From NCBI GenBank assembly GCA_000182565.2, contig KQ257452.1: DNA of 64,000 bases. One strand, given 5' to 3'. The first letter of the stretch is position 1; each line of letters starts with the position of its first letter. This document shows, piece by piece, positions 1 through 13,223 of the stretch. Made by a program: the position numbers and the translations under genes. The notes beneath the pieces were generated by a model, which was not told the origin of the DNA, made no database searches, and saw nothing but the letters and a program-made list of their open reading frames with translations. The DNA comes from Spizellomyces punctatus DAOM BR117. Taxonomy: Eukaryota.

Positions 1-1130
1 AATAAACCTCGTTTCAAAGCTTTTTTGATCGGATAATGTGATAGATACTAGTAAAGCAGTCGATAATGAGCTTTATGAAAACCGCATGGAATCACAGGAG
101 CACAGTAGAAGGAGTAGTAGTCTGGGCGATTGCTTGTTATTTGTCGGGAGTTACAGGTCCATCAGTATCCAGATCATTCTCATCGAAAATTGTTTTTGAT
201 GAGTTGGCCAAATTGCTTGAGAGTCAGAACAAGAGAAGGGGAATGTGATGCGAAATCAACTCATCAGATGGCAAGAGACAGTCACTTTATCGCATGCATG
301 TAAATGGACCCATTTTCATATGGCCTTAGGGTAACTGACCTTGGGATATTCCCATACACGACACCATACTCTACTATAATCTACATATCCATAACAAGAG
401 ATGCCCAAAAACTTGGGACCGGCGATCATCACAGTCTACATCGCCTTTTTTTGAAGCTTTACAAGAGTCCAATCCTAATGCTGCTTTCCCATCTCACCTC
501 CTGTCCCTACTGCTTGCCATTCACAGTCTTTTACAAAGCATAACCATATTCATACCCATCCACCTCCTCAACACCCTCTCATATTCTAAAAGTTTGGTTT
601 TTGGAAAAAAATAAAAATACAGTGTGTGTGTCAAACAGGTTCGTTTTGTCTAGCATTCCGACCATGGAAAAGTTTGTAATCACTTTTGAAAACTATACCG
701 GTTTTTGATATCGGTTGATTTATGAAATTGTACTGTTGGAGTGAGTAGAAACGTGTACTAGTGCAAATGGCAGATACGAAGTAAAGAAGGAATCACACTT
801 TTATTCTGTCGCATTTTGTTTGAATATGGTGAATGGAATGCAAGGCATTGTTTTGAAAAGAGGTAATGATATCCATCTTGTCATTTTGCACATTTGTATC
901 GTCAGACCGGAAAAGGTCGTCCTGGGGAGCTTTCGCTACATAATCCAAATGAAGAAACTTTTCTTCCTACTTTTCTACAAGACGACCTACAAGAAAACAA
1001 TCCCAATCTCTCCGAAACCATCTCGAGAAAAAAAAAAAATGAGGCCCATTATAATTGGAAAACGTTGAACGAAGAAGGCTATCCCGTTGACGGTTTTTGG
1101 CAGGTGTGCGTGGAGGACAATCTGTTTTGA
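1..1130 (+). CDS. Probable 3' part of an uncharacterised intron-containing gene
   Basis: Open segments separated by GT..AG introns (e.g. IRSKEGITLLFCRILFEYGEWNARHCFEKR, intron, TGKGRPGELSLHNPNEE...VCVEDNLF*). No family recognised; exon structure unresolved. Confidence 0.3.
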
Positions 1131-1354
1131 CCCTTATGTCTATTCTTGCATAGTAATAGTATGTCATATTGGATCTACATCCTTTTTTTTTTGCTATTAC
1201 TTGTATCGCTCCACTCAGATGTAAACACTCGCAAAACCTCGTAACTACTCGCCTACCATCCCAGACTCACCTCATCATCATAGCAACATGGGCAAAACCC
1301 CCTCATTAGCAACAACCACACCACTGACCATTCACAACAGACTTACCTACCAGC

Positions 1355-2534
1355 ATGTCCTCTCCACCTCATGTACCAACATTTACACTCTCCAATGGTG
1401 TCCAACTCCCCTCACTAGGCCGTACGTACACTGACCCACACTCTCACACACTAAAAAACTAACATGCGTGGCGTTAGTGGGAACTTATCGACTCAAGGGA
1501 ACAGAATGCCGCGAGGTGGTCAAGAATGCACTTAAAGTTGGGTATAGGTTAATCGATACTGCTGCCGTCTACAAGGTAAACCAAAAAACGAAATCCTCTA
1601 TGTCTATGGAAAAAATGGGCTGACAAAAAGTAAAAAGAATGAAAGTGATGTGGGAGCGGCTGTACAAGAATTGGTAAATACTGGGGAAATTACCCGGGAA
1701 CAAGTATTCATTACGACCAAGATATGTGAGTTTTTAGAGTTTGTTTGATTATTGAGTTTGAGAGGGGCTAAGATTGCTTTTTGGATTTTAGCGCCCAAGG
1801 ATCAAGGATTTGATAAAGCGTATGCAGCGGGATTAACATGTCTTTCCAACCTCGGTCTATCTTGTACGTTTTACCTACCTCCCAAAACACCACACTACAA
1901 CCACATCACTGACATACACAAAACCATTTTCAGACATTGACCTCCTCTTAATCCACTGGCCAGGCACACAAGGCCGCAAACCCACCGACCCCCGCAACAC
2001 AACCAACCGTCAAGAATCCTGGCGAGCCCTCGAAAAACTCTACAAAGAAGGCCGAGTCCGCGCAATTGGTGTGAGTAATTTCACAGTGGAACATTTAAAA
2101 GGATTAATTAAAGTTGCCGAAATCGTACCCCATGTCAACCAAGTAAGTTCGTTCCCCCTCTCTATATCATTCCCACTATTTTTCTCGTATTCCGACATAC
2201 CCTACAGTTTGAATTCCACCCTTGTCTATACAAAACACAACACCCCCTCGTCACCTACTGCAAATCCACTCAAATCCAACCACAAGCCTACTCTAGTTTC
2301 GGTGAAGGCCACCTCCTCCACTCTTGTCTCAATTTAAACACCAAGTGCACACGAGCGCAAATCTTGTTGGTATGGGCGTTACGTCAATCCGTGGGAGTGA
2401 TTCCTAAAGCTAGTTCTTTGGAACGGTTGATTGAGAATTTGGGTGCTGTTGAATTGGATGAGGATGTGGAGGGCTTAGAGGTTTTGGATGGCGGGGAAAA
2501 GAGGTTTTGTTGGGATCCTACAAGTGTTATTTGA
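1355..2534 (+). CDS. Aldo/keto reductase (multi-exon)
   Basis: Spliced translation MSSPPHVPTFTLSNGVQLPSLG..GTYRL..GYRLIDTAAVYK..NE..VFITTK..DLLLIHWPG..GRVRAIGVSNF..VNQ..QAYSSFG..VIPKASS..ENL..RFCWDP; canonical AKR motifs. Confidence 0.93.
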
Positions 2535-3223
2535 TTTGTTTTGTTTTATGGGTGTGGTATGGGTCTCTAGATTTCTTGTGTTGAATTTCCTTGATGTTGC
2601 TTTGATGGTTTGGATAAATAAGATTAGAACACCGACCGCTTATCGATGTTTGTATATCCCATGTCATTACTTTTCTGCTATTTAACTGTTTGGAACAGAG
2701 GGGTTTTCCCAAGGGATGTTTCAAAGATACCGACTATGGTTCCACACCCAAGACTCAACGATACTGAAAGCAGCTATGAATTGTTTTTTGTTACTTATGG
2801 GTTACCGCATGTGTTGAGTCTATCATAAGAATCCCTCAAGATCTCTTGTGTTAAATCTCCTTCGAGCGTAATGTCACAAACATGATCACCGTTTAGTAAC
2901 ACCATCCCATTACGTTTTCGTAATTACCGTGTGTTTGTCACAGCGTGTAACAGCCAACGTCTCCCCAATGATGTTTATAGTTCAAAGATACTGAACCATG
3001 GTTCCATACCTTGATGAGGCAAGTAAACTGAGGGGGGTATTGAATTGGTTTTTTTTTTTTGTTTTTTTGTCGTTTAGGACATGGTCATTCAGTTACAAAA
3101 AAGAGGCTACATCCATCCCGTACACATTTGCATTTGAAAACGTGCTAAAATGTCTGATGCCATGTGCCCCATGAGTCCAATTTACACCTTTGAACTTTTA
3201 AAAAAAAAAAGACTACCAGGTTT

Positions 3224-5288
3224 TTATCTAGCCACCGTATCCTCACCCCAGTACTTTGCTCGATAATCATCACTACACAAACAAGAACAAAAAAAAATCA
3301 AAACTAAAGACCAAAAAACCAATGCAAAAGAACCAAAACTTTTTTTACCTGCAACTAACAAATCCATTCTCATTTGGACTCGCCACAATACATCGGATAG
3401 GCGCCATATGAGCTACCAGTTAAAATCAAATAAACAAAAACAATGCAACGGTATGCCCACAATCGTAGAAAAAAACGTACCGGGTATTCTTTTAAGCAAT
3501 GCGCCTAATCAAGGGTTGGAAACATATCCATTTCAGAAACAGCGTTTTATGAAAAAGACTGTACAACTCACCAGTTCTTGAATCCCATATAACAATAGCC
3601 CAATCATTCTCATCCGTACCCAACACAAAATCCTCATTATAATTAAACGTATTCGTAGTATAAACGTCCTAACCCGCCATGAACAACGATACTCACATCT
3701 CACTCAAATCAGTAAAAACATTACCTTTTGTACAGCCCCCGCAAACTCTTGCACAACATTCCCAGTATGCATATCCCATAACCTTCCAACAGAATCTAAT
3801 CCACAAGATAAAATGTATCGCCCACTTTTTGAGAATCGGACACTTGTCACTGGTTTGCCGGAATGGGCTGTTGTCATGGTTTTGATGCAGTCTCCGCTGA
3901 TTGTGTCCCAGATTTTAATGGTACCGTCTTCCCCCGCGGTGGCTACCAAAAAAATGCATCAGAATGTAAAGATATAATAAGAATACATTCTAATGTTCTT
4001 ACCAAATACTTTGCCAGATGGGGCATATCGCACCTACATTTCACATTGCATTACATTACAGATTCTCAGTACTAGTATTGTGCAATACGTACCTTATTGA
4101 TGGGCCCACTGTGTTTATCATTTGGATTGGGAGATGTAAAGCACTTTAATGTGTGAACATCAAAAATTCGGACAGCTTCATGGTCGGTTCCTATCACAAA
4201 AAACACTCGTTCATAAACACATTATCAGGATTATTATTTCATGGTTCATACCTGCTGCAAGGTAATCTCCAGATGGATGAAAATGAATCGATCGAACAAT
4301 GCTCGCATCCTATATAGAGCGTCAGACCGCCTTTCATGAAAACGCAAAAAAACCGATAAACGAACCTGCAAATATCGAAAACTCCGCTTAACATTCGGTT
4401 TCTGTATATCAAACAATTTGATACTCTGATCATGTGAACAGGAAGCCACCACCGTTCCATTCGGATGAAAATGCACATCATTCACAGGAGCTACGTGGTC
4501 ATATAGTGTGCGTATGACTGGTTTTTCTGGTGCACCGTCCCGATAGGCTGCTTTGATGCGGCTCACGTCGAGGACTTTTAGTGAGGAATCTTCTGATCCC
4601 GTTGCAACGTACTTGCCGTCCGCGCTAAATGCTAGCATGACCAGTGAGTTTGTTCATCATAGTTTGAGTAATTGATATCAGTCGTACCTGCCGCTCGACA
4701 TGATTCGCGATGTTGGGTACTGAACCAGGGAGTTAGGTTTGGAACGGGTTTAGGAGCTACATGACAAAAAAGTGCACCGTTAGCACAGTAAAAACAAAAT
4801 GCCTTGACCCGTCCAAATCATACCAAATCGCACCCCGCCATCCAAATCTGCAAGTGGTTCCTCATCTTCCTCGTCTTCAGATATATCCTCGGTAATATCT
4901 GCCGGTATAATATCCTCGCTATCATCTATTCAAAATCCGTTCTAGGTCAGACTCCGATTGCAATGTTACAACAAAAAGTGATCTACAGATCCACAACCAT
5001 TTTCACGAGCTATTCGACCGTGATAACAAAGTTCTGCGAGTCGGGGGGATGGGTCAAAGGATAAAGGCGTTTCGCTGGCTTCAGCGACAACTTGTGCAAT
5101 GGAATTCAAGCCATAATGTTGGAGCTGGCTGGAAAAGTAAAAAGAACGGAATGGATATGCGGCACTTTGAAATGAGATGTGCACATTACAAATTTGGCAT
5201 ACCTTATAATTAGAGGTAACACTTCCTCTCTTGGCATTTGATTGTCGAGGTCATCACCCGTATTTGAGTTGGTGTCCTCCATGGTCAT
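3224..5288 (-). CDS. CSTF1: Cleavage stimulation factor 50 kDa subunit (CstF-50), WD40 protein
   Basis: N-terminal 'LII SQLQHYG' dimerisation segment; WD repeats 'AFSADGKYVATGSEDSSLKVLD', 'KPVIRTLYDHVAPVNDVHFHP', 'AHSGKPVTSVRFSKSGRYILSCG'; ends 'DDYRAKYW'. Multi-exon. Confidence 0.88.
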
Positions 5289-5437
5289 GTTTTGAAAATC
5301 CCAACCCAATCCTTGCATTTCACTCCGTCCACAATTCCTATCCAACTTCTAAATATGACTCACGTGATCCAAGCCTCGATCGCGTCGCGTCTTGGCCAGC
5401 GTCTTGGAGCATTTATTTCATTCCTTGACCAACCAGC

Positions 5438-6568
5438 ATGCCTTTCCCATCTCTACGCCATACCACAAAGGCAGCATCCAATAACATCTCTCTTTTGCGA
5501 CGGTACATCTCAACTCACGAGCTCAGTCATAACTGGTACAAGCCAAAAACACAAACACATGTTGCCCCGATAGTCATTTTACATGGCTTGTTTGGGTCTA
5601 AGCAAAACTGGAGATCACTCTCAAAGTCCCTGTCAAATCGACTCGGAACGGATGTCATACCTGTTGACTTGCGGAATCATGGCGAGTCGTTTCATCATCC
5701 TGTCCATGATTATCCGGCCATGGCTGCGGATTTGAACGAGTTTCTTCGATCCCACCAACTGGATAACGTGAACTTGATTGGTCATTCCATGTGAGTGTTC
5801 AAACTGGTTTTCATATGAGCCTTGTGCTTTGACTGATGTGAATTCTATTTTTAGGGGGGGAAAAGGTTAGTCTATCCCCATATATAGCATAACATTCCTT
5901 AACTAATCGGTTGATCAAAAACCAGTTGCGATGCATTACGCACTATCTCATCCCGAACGTCTGGACCACCTCATCGTGGTGGACATGTCCCCAACAAATA
6001 GAAACTTGACTAGCGAGTTTGGATCTTACATTAAGGCAATGCATCAAGTTGAGAAAGCTAATGTGAAGAATCAGTCGGAGGCGGATAAGATCCTTGCTGA
6101 ATCGATCAATGTGAGTCTATTTAAACTACTTTTGGGTATTCTGCGTCATGTTAACCTGCCAACAACTAGTCTTTACCAATCCGCCAGTTCATTCTTACAA
6201 ATCTTAAAAAAGCGCCGGGCGAAAGTATCATGAAGTTCCGTATCAACCTCCAGGCCCTTGAACAGTCTTTGGAAAAGTTGTGGGAGTTCCCTTATGAAGG
6301 CACCGGCAAAACCTACGATGGTCCGGCGCTTTTTATTGCTGGAGCTAGAGCGGGTTATATAACGCAGTCAACACACCCTGTCATTAAAACTTACTTTCCT
6401 AATGCGGAAATAACGTCGTTAGATACTGGTCATTGGTAATTGCGTTGTTTGTTTGAGATTGATATCGAGGTGCTTATGAAATCTTTCATTACCATTAGGG
6501 TACATTCGGAAAAGCCGGATGACTTTGTTTCTCTAGTAACTTCATTTTTAACCACTGGGCAACATTGA
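5438..6568 (+). CDS. ABHD11: Alpha/beta hydrolase, ABHD11/IMO32/YbfF-like (probably mitochondrial)
   Basis: 'LHGLFGSKQNWRSL', 'DLRNHGES', 'GHSM|GGK|VAM', 'LIVVDMSP', 'IRQFILTNL', 'GHW|VHSEKP'. Confidence 0.92.
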
Positions 6569-6888
6569 TTTATAGACTTTGATTGGCATTTTTTTGACAA
6601 GGATTTTTGCATGTAGCTTGCTTGTCTTGCATTGGTTAGGACATTTATTTTTATTATATTGCGGTAGTTTTTTGGTGTCAGCAATACTAGTGCTGAACAC
6701 CAAGATGGGGAGACTCAGTGTCTGTGATTTCAATACGACCAGATTAGCTGGGAGTATCCAGAAATTTGATCTCATGTGTATCTTCGATGGGCAATTCCGA
6801 TCAACGTTTTGTATCAACCACATATTTACTGGAAATAAAAGTATGTACAGGTGAAAGGGCCTTGCGACTCCAAAAGTTTTCCGCCATC

Positions 6889-7509
6889 TTATAGAAAAAC
6901 ACCTGTGTTATCCTCGACTATCCCTCCTTGACCACCTCCTGATTCCCGAGTACTTTCAGCATGATTCGAACCCACTGTTTCCCTAACTGCATTTCCAACC
7001 ACTTCGTCTTGCGATGGACTCTCTACTTCATTCGAAACTTGCACCCAGGTCCCATCCACGAGTTCTCTGTCGCACCCTCTTCCACCTGCTGACCCATTCG
7101 GCGGCGCTGCATCGCCGAGTAACTGTTTTATACGCTCTTCATATTTTCTGATAACTTGTATTTGTCGTTCAATCACTGCAACGTTCTCGTCGATTGCCTA
7201 TATTTCAGAATTTCAATACACGCAAAACATGTAACGAGAAATGCACGGGAATGACGGCACCTGGACAAAATCTGGGTCCCCCGGGTCAGAATCTCGCATT
7301 TCTTGATTTGAACGTAGTAATAGTTCGACAGAACGTCGTAGGCGGGCTGTTTCTTGTTGGAGCCACTCGGCATTGTCTTGGATTGTTCCACCCGCATCTT
7401 GTTGTGCACCTGCTGGGTTTGGTGGCTTTGGGTGCGAACCCCTTTGGGTTAGGTATATCCCTGGAGCTATTTCTACTTCTTCTGGGTATGCTCCGCGGTC
7501 ACCATTCAT
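6889..7509 (-). CDS. Hypothetical coiled-coil protein (2 exons)
   Basis: ORFs 7213-7509 and 6889-7176 join through a GT..AG intron: 'ETARLRRSVELLLRSNQEM...DPDFVQ|AIDENVAVIERQ...GVFL*'. Confidence 0.7.
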
Positions 7510-7678
7510 TGCGTATCTTTGGGGCCGTGAACGTTACGATAAATAATGTGGAATGATCTCACCAGACTTGGACTCTCACAGACTCGTCTTGTCATCGCAT
7601 TGTCAGGTGATCATGCTTGGGAACAGAATCAAGCGTTGTGCGCAGTAACCTATTCCCAAAAAGCAAATCTACCGCATA

Positions 7679-9440
7679 ATGACCCCTCCTCCACCTGCTC
7701 CTGCTGCTAAACACGGAAGAGCACCCTCACATACAGTTCAACAACAACAACAACAACAACAAGGTCACTCACAACATCAGCAAATGCAACAACAAGGACA
7801 ACAACAGCAATCGCCACCGAATGTTACTGAAGTGGTCTTGGCGACGGCTGGGTATGACCATACCATACGGTTTTGGGAGGCTTTAAGCGGGATTTGTTTG
7901 AGGACTATACAGCATCCTGACTCGGTAGGTACGGGATTTGACGCGTTGATGATGGGTTTGGTGGGTTTGTCTTTTGGGATGGTGTCAGGAGGTAAATACG
8001 GTACATGGTCTCACCGGGCGATATGGACGAATTTAATCTGACGATGATGCATGATGACGATATCCTGCATACATGATGCTAAATCATCGTCATTCCCCTG
8101 TAGCAAGTGAACCGATTGGCAATATCTCCCGACAAGCGATATCTTGCGGCCGCAGGTAACGTACTTCAGTGCAGCGGATATCAGATGCGCATGGTAATAA
8201 GATTCTTTATGAAACGCATTAGGAAATCCACATGTGCGAATGTATGAAGTACAAACCAGCAACCCCAATCCCGTACGTTTTGCGGCCCACATCATTATAC
8301 AACGTTTGATGCGGATCTGATATCCAGCGATGATTACTTTTTTAAGATTACATCATTCGACGGACATACAGGCAATGTCACTTCTATAGGCTTTCAATCC
8401 GCAGGGCGCTGGATCGTAACCGGGAGTGAGGATGGAACTATAAAGATTTGGGATGTTAGGTTGGTACCCACAAACAAATCGTGGGATACGGTAAAAAAGG
8501 TTTTGATCAAACATATTCATAGAGCTCCCGGTATACAACGAGATTATGAGCTCAAATCCCCAGTAAACGATGTGATCATTCATCCCAACCAAGGAGAACT
8601 GATTTCCTGTGACCAAAATGGATCAGTGAAAGTATGGGATCTTGGCGAGAACGCTTGCACTCACGAGTTGGTAAGTAAAAATGTAGGGGATTGGGGGGGG
8701 GGGGTGCGAACTTTGTGTACCCGTAGCATGATAGGACGTCACCTGTGTTACGCCCTAAATTCTTATAATTAGTTTCCTGCATCATAATAGCTACCAGAGG
8801 AAGATACGCCGGCTCGATCGGTAACAATGGCTGCGGATGGTTCCATTCTTGTAGCGGCTAATAATAAGGTAGAGAACTACCTTGTCTCGTCCGCTTCCAT
8901 GTTTTTCGAATTTTGAAGTCTGACCCGACGTTAGGGCAACTACTACGTATGGAAAACCAAAACAACGGGTGACTTGACGCAACTGGAAGCATTGACAAAG
9001 GTTGCGGCTCATAGCAAGTATATTTCAAAATGCATGCTAAGTCCAGATACAAAGTAATCCCATGGCGTTTGTGAAAGTTTAGCGTAACGTAATTAACGCG
9101 TTCATTTGTAGGCTTCTCGCCACCTGCTCTGCGGATCACACTGTAAAGATTTGGAATACCGTAGATCACAAATTTGGATTAGAAAAAACATTGGCGGGTC
9201 ATCAACGATGGGTGTGGGACTGTGCCTTTTCAGCCGATTCCGCATATCTTGTGACGGGTAAATACGACTCTGATGGGAAGCATTCCTTCACGCAAGACAC
9301 TAAACCTTGTATCCTGCATTGTAGGATCCTCTGACCACTCTGCGCGATTATGGGATTTGGCGACTGGGGAGACTATCCGACATTATAATGGACACCAGAA
9401 AGCAGTAGTTTGCGTGGCGCTGCATGATGTCAGCATGTAA
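7679..9440 (+). CDS. LST8: Target of rapamycin complex subunit LST8
   Basis: '[48 protein letters not shown]', '[22 protein letters not shown]', '[20 protein letters not shown]', '[13 protein letters not shown]'. Confidence 0.97.
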
Positions 9441-9497
9441 ATATTAAAGTCAAGACAATTGGATATGTCCACTCGAGCGCTATATACCATCTTTTTT

Positions 9498-11743
9498 TCA
9501 ATTTGATGCTACCTTATGTCCCCCCAAATACCCCCTCCCTCTCATCCAAACCCCCCAAAGTCTCCACAATCCTCATTTGCCAAAGATCATTGCTACTGGC
9601 CAATTGCGTACTTAATCGCCATATTCTAACCTCACCAGATCCATCCCCCGTCGCAAGATACTCTGGTCTTTTGGCATTGAAAGCCAGGCTGGTGCAAGAT
9701 ACCGATGCCTTTCCGGATCCTTCGAGTGTCGTGTGGGGAAGCGTCGGATTATGCTATTGTCAGGTGGTGGGATTAGTGAGACATTTTTTATTCGAGAGTA
9801 CTTTGCTTTAAACTTACGGCTAGATCATAAATGTAGACAAGTCCATCTGAAGACGTGCATGCAAAGACAGTAGCCCGCACAGGTGACCAATCGGCGCAGT
9901 ATATGGAACTTTGTGATGGTTCCAACGTACAAAGTTGTTTTGTCTGCAATGGATAAATAAGCTCCTTTGGATCCAACACGACAAATAATCCACAAAGGGC
10001 ACCGCATACCTCCAATACATTATATATTCTAACCAACCCATCACTCCCACAACTCAAAAACAAATTCCGGTGAAACGGCGAGCAAGCCATTGCTGTTACG
10101 GGACCGGTATGTGGTGTATAAGCAAACTGTATCGGGTTCGCCAAACGCGGGAGGGACACGGCGTTTGGCGGGATGGTCGTACTGACTGAGCGACTGCATT
10201 TGGCAATGTATCCAGCTTCTGTTCCGGTTAGGTAGATGGTAGGGTTTTCCGGTGGAAAGGAAATGGTTGTGCCTGACAGATATATTGAACGATTTTAGTG
10301 ATGATTTAGAGTGCTTATTGGTCGTTGAGTGACGTACCGCCAAGGATTGCGTCGGGTTTTGTGGGCCCGCCGGTGCGAAGGTGTCGGGGTATACTTCCAA
10401 TTTGCAATTGTGATCTATGGAAATGAGGTATTTACAAGACGCAAATGTAGATCTTCACAGTTTTGAAATAGGACGACATACCCGGATATCGGTGCTGCCA
10501 GCTTGTTTGCAAGGTCCCAGATTAGGACTTTACCATCGTTTCCTATGCTGACAATCTCCAAGGAGCAGGTGTCAGTTTAGCGGTCACATTGAGATGACGA
10601 ACGTTGGGTGAGTATCTTCCATGTCCTACCTGATACTGATCTACTTTTGGTCCCGGTATCCAAGCAATCTACAATGTTTTTCTAGATCTGTACACTTTGA
10701 GAATTATGAACAGGATTTCCTTACCTTTGCAACGGGTTCCTGATGTGTTAGATCGCTCATCTTGGACGCCGCTATGATCGGGTCATCTTCTGTATCGTTG
10801 GTTCGACAGACAAACACTTGACCTTGAGAAAGGCGATGATGATGTCAATCCAACTATGAGGCGAGTTCAAAGTAGCAGATAGGTACCATTGAATGTACCA
10901 CCAACAATGAGTGATGGATCCATTGGATGGAAAGATATGCACATCAAGCAGCTCTGTCCAATTTGAGATAAAAGTTAGACGCATCATGTACCTCCTTGCA
11001 CGCATCACATACCACCCCTACCAACCTCAACCTCCAATTCGAAAGCCGGCTCATCCGCCCCACTCTTGGTCGCCAAACTCCAGGTACATAACATCCCTTT
11101 ATGACTGCACCAGCTCTCATGGCCCCATTTTCCAAATGCAACTGCAATGGTAATCCCGTTCTTATTCCAAGAGAGATCACTGCAGAGCATGGATGGGTCG
11201 CGACGAGAATGTGAAAGGGTATGTTGGAGAGTTGTTGTGTTGATAGAGTCTTCCCAGTGGGCTGACCATCCTACAGTGCATACGACATGCAAGGTCAGCG
11301 AGGAAATGGAGAATACTTGCTTTACAGAACAATACCATCAAATGCGGTACTCTTGATGTTTTGGAGCAGTTGGGCCGAAACTGTTGATTCAACCTTTGCT
11401 AGAAAATCTACCATGGACCCACGATCGTAGTTGGTCAGCAGCTTAAACGATCTGTGGGGTTCAGGATCCGTTTGGACCTATTGCCAATCAATGTCAATTC
11501 ACAGAACAAGAAATAACGCAGTTTGCTAATGAACTGAATCTACGATAATGGTGATCCCCTGGTACTCTCACATACATCAACATCCAACTTTCGTAGCACC
11601 TGACAGGCAGCTTCTGCTGTCGTAACGGGTTCCGTTTGGGACGTTCCCTCCGTCATATGTTTCACTTTTTGCCATGTAGATGGAAGGTCGATGCATGTGC
11701 TTGGTATGGCTGGATGATCGGTAAATAGAGGTGAGGGTCCCAT
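9498..11743 (-). CDS. WDR34: Dynein-2 intermediate chain WDR34
   Basis: N-terminal 'FTD....STW..QT' repeats, 'HESWCSHKG.LCTW', 'HTGPVTAMACSPFHRNLFLSCGSDG', 'DWSPVRATVFA', 'LATGDGSGEVRIWRL'. Multi-exon. Confidence 0.9.
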
Positions 11744-13223
11744 CTGGTTTTGGGTCGCTGGCAATGGTGCGCAGCGACGATCGGACAACGCGCTAGGCTT
11801 ATTACGTGAGGTATCACGTGATTGCGCTGATTGCGTTCCTCCATGTCCTTTACTGTCTCTGCCTTTACCTCTTCGAGCTCGCCTCCTAGAGATTGCATAG
11901 ATAAAAGATCAAATTGATTTTCTCTAGAAGATGAGGGGCTCAACATGTACCAGACAGCTGCTGTTTGTATCCTGTATGAATTTGAGAATCCAAACACCGA
12001 GCATAGATGAACTGCTTGTTATTGATAGTTACCGTTAGTGCCATTTCCTCGTACAGGTGCATATTATGCTCTCTCACACTCCCTATCTCGAATAGAAGGT
12101 GTAAGGACCAGTGAGGAAGACATAAGAGAACAGGATTTTTAAATATGGATCTTCATGAAGCAAATGTACACATCGTGCAGAGTGTCATAGGCAAATCTCG
12201 ACATTTTTGCATAGCAGTCCTGTCATCGTGGTCCACCAATCCATATTCCTTTGGTCACTCTCAATGATTATTATCAGGATACCTCGGGAGTTTGCAACAA
12301 ACTGGAAACTGGTTTTTGCGATAAAGTATTAACACTGGGTTGAGAACTAAAGATTTGACCAACCAACGATAGCTTGGGGGCGACGTTTATTGCAGAACAA
12401 GCTTGTCGCTCCGATACATTAATGTCGAGATTCATAATACCCATTTCCAGCCTGAATAAAGTTTAAGGAAAGGTCGAGGGATGAATGCAAGAACGTGAGT
12501 CCTGGTCAACGTGACACTCTGTGCGCTGACGTTTAACGCGCGTCGGTTACGATATCCAGATCCTAAAAAACCATTCACCATCTGTTGCACCCGATTCAAA
12601 CTGTCCTCTGGCGGGTCTTTAAGAGCAAGACACCAATGTGGACAGGAGAATGATCTCATTATGGGGGGTTGATGACGTTTTTCAACCCCGCTAATGCTCC
12701 ATGCTAAAGTTTCCAGGTGCTATAAAAAGGTGTGAAAGGCAAATATTTTGCCTTCGATAAATTACTGAGAAAAGATCCATCGTAAAATCACTACTGCGAG
12801 CAAATATCAATCCAACGTAAATCCCATACATTATGAGCTCCAACACGGAATACCTTGACACCAGCCGCGCCGACGTACCCATTACGACCGCGGTAAGTGC
12901 AGTCTTAACATTTTAGCTCAAAGGTAACCTTGCATGATTTCTAACTTTCAAATATGTCCAATAGACGGGCGACCGCGTTTCGACGTTTGGCTCTGGATTA
13001 CAGCCCACTGCCGGTACGCAGTCTTCTGCCGAATTACAAGACTCGACAGCAACTGCCGCCGCTCTTGCTTCTGCGGGGGCTCACACAACGCACATTGACC
13101 ACGATGCCCCTCACACGGCGCAGGAGAAGCCTACTTTACCCAGGCATGGAGGATACTGAGGGATCAGAATCTTGTATAAGCTCCCAATCTCATGTATAAT
13201 GACTTTGAACATAAAATGAATTA

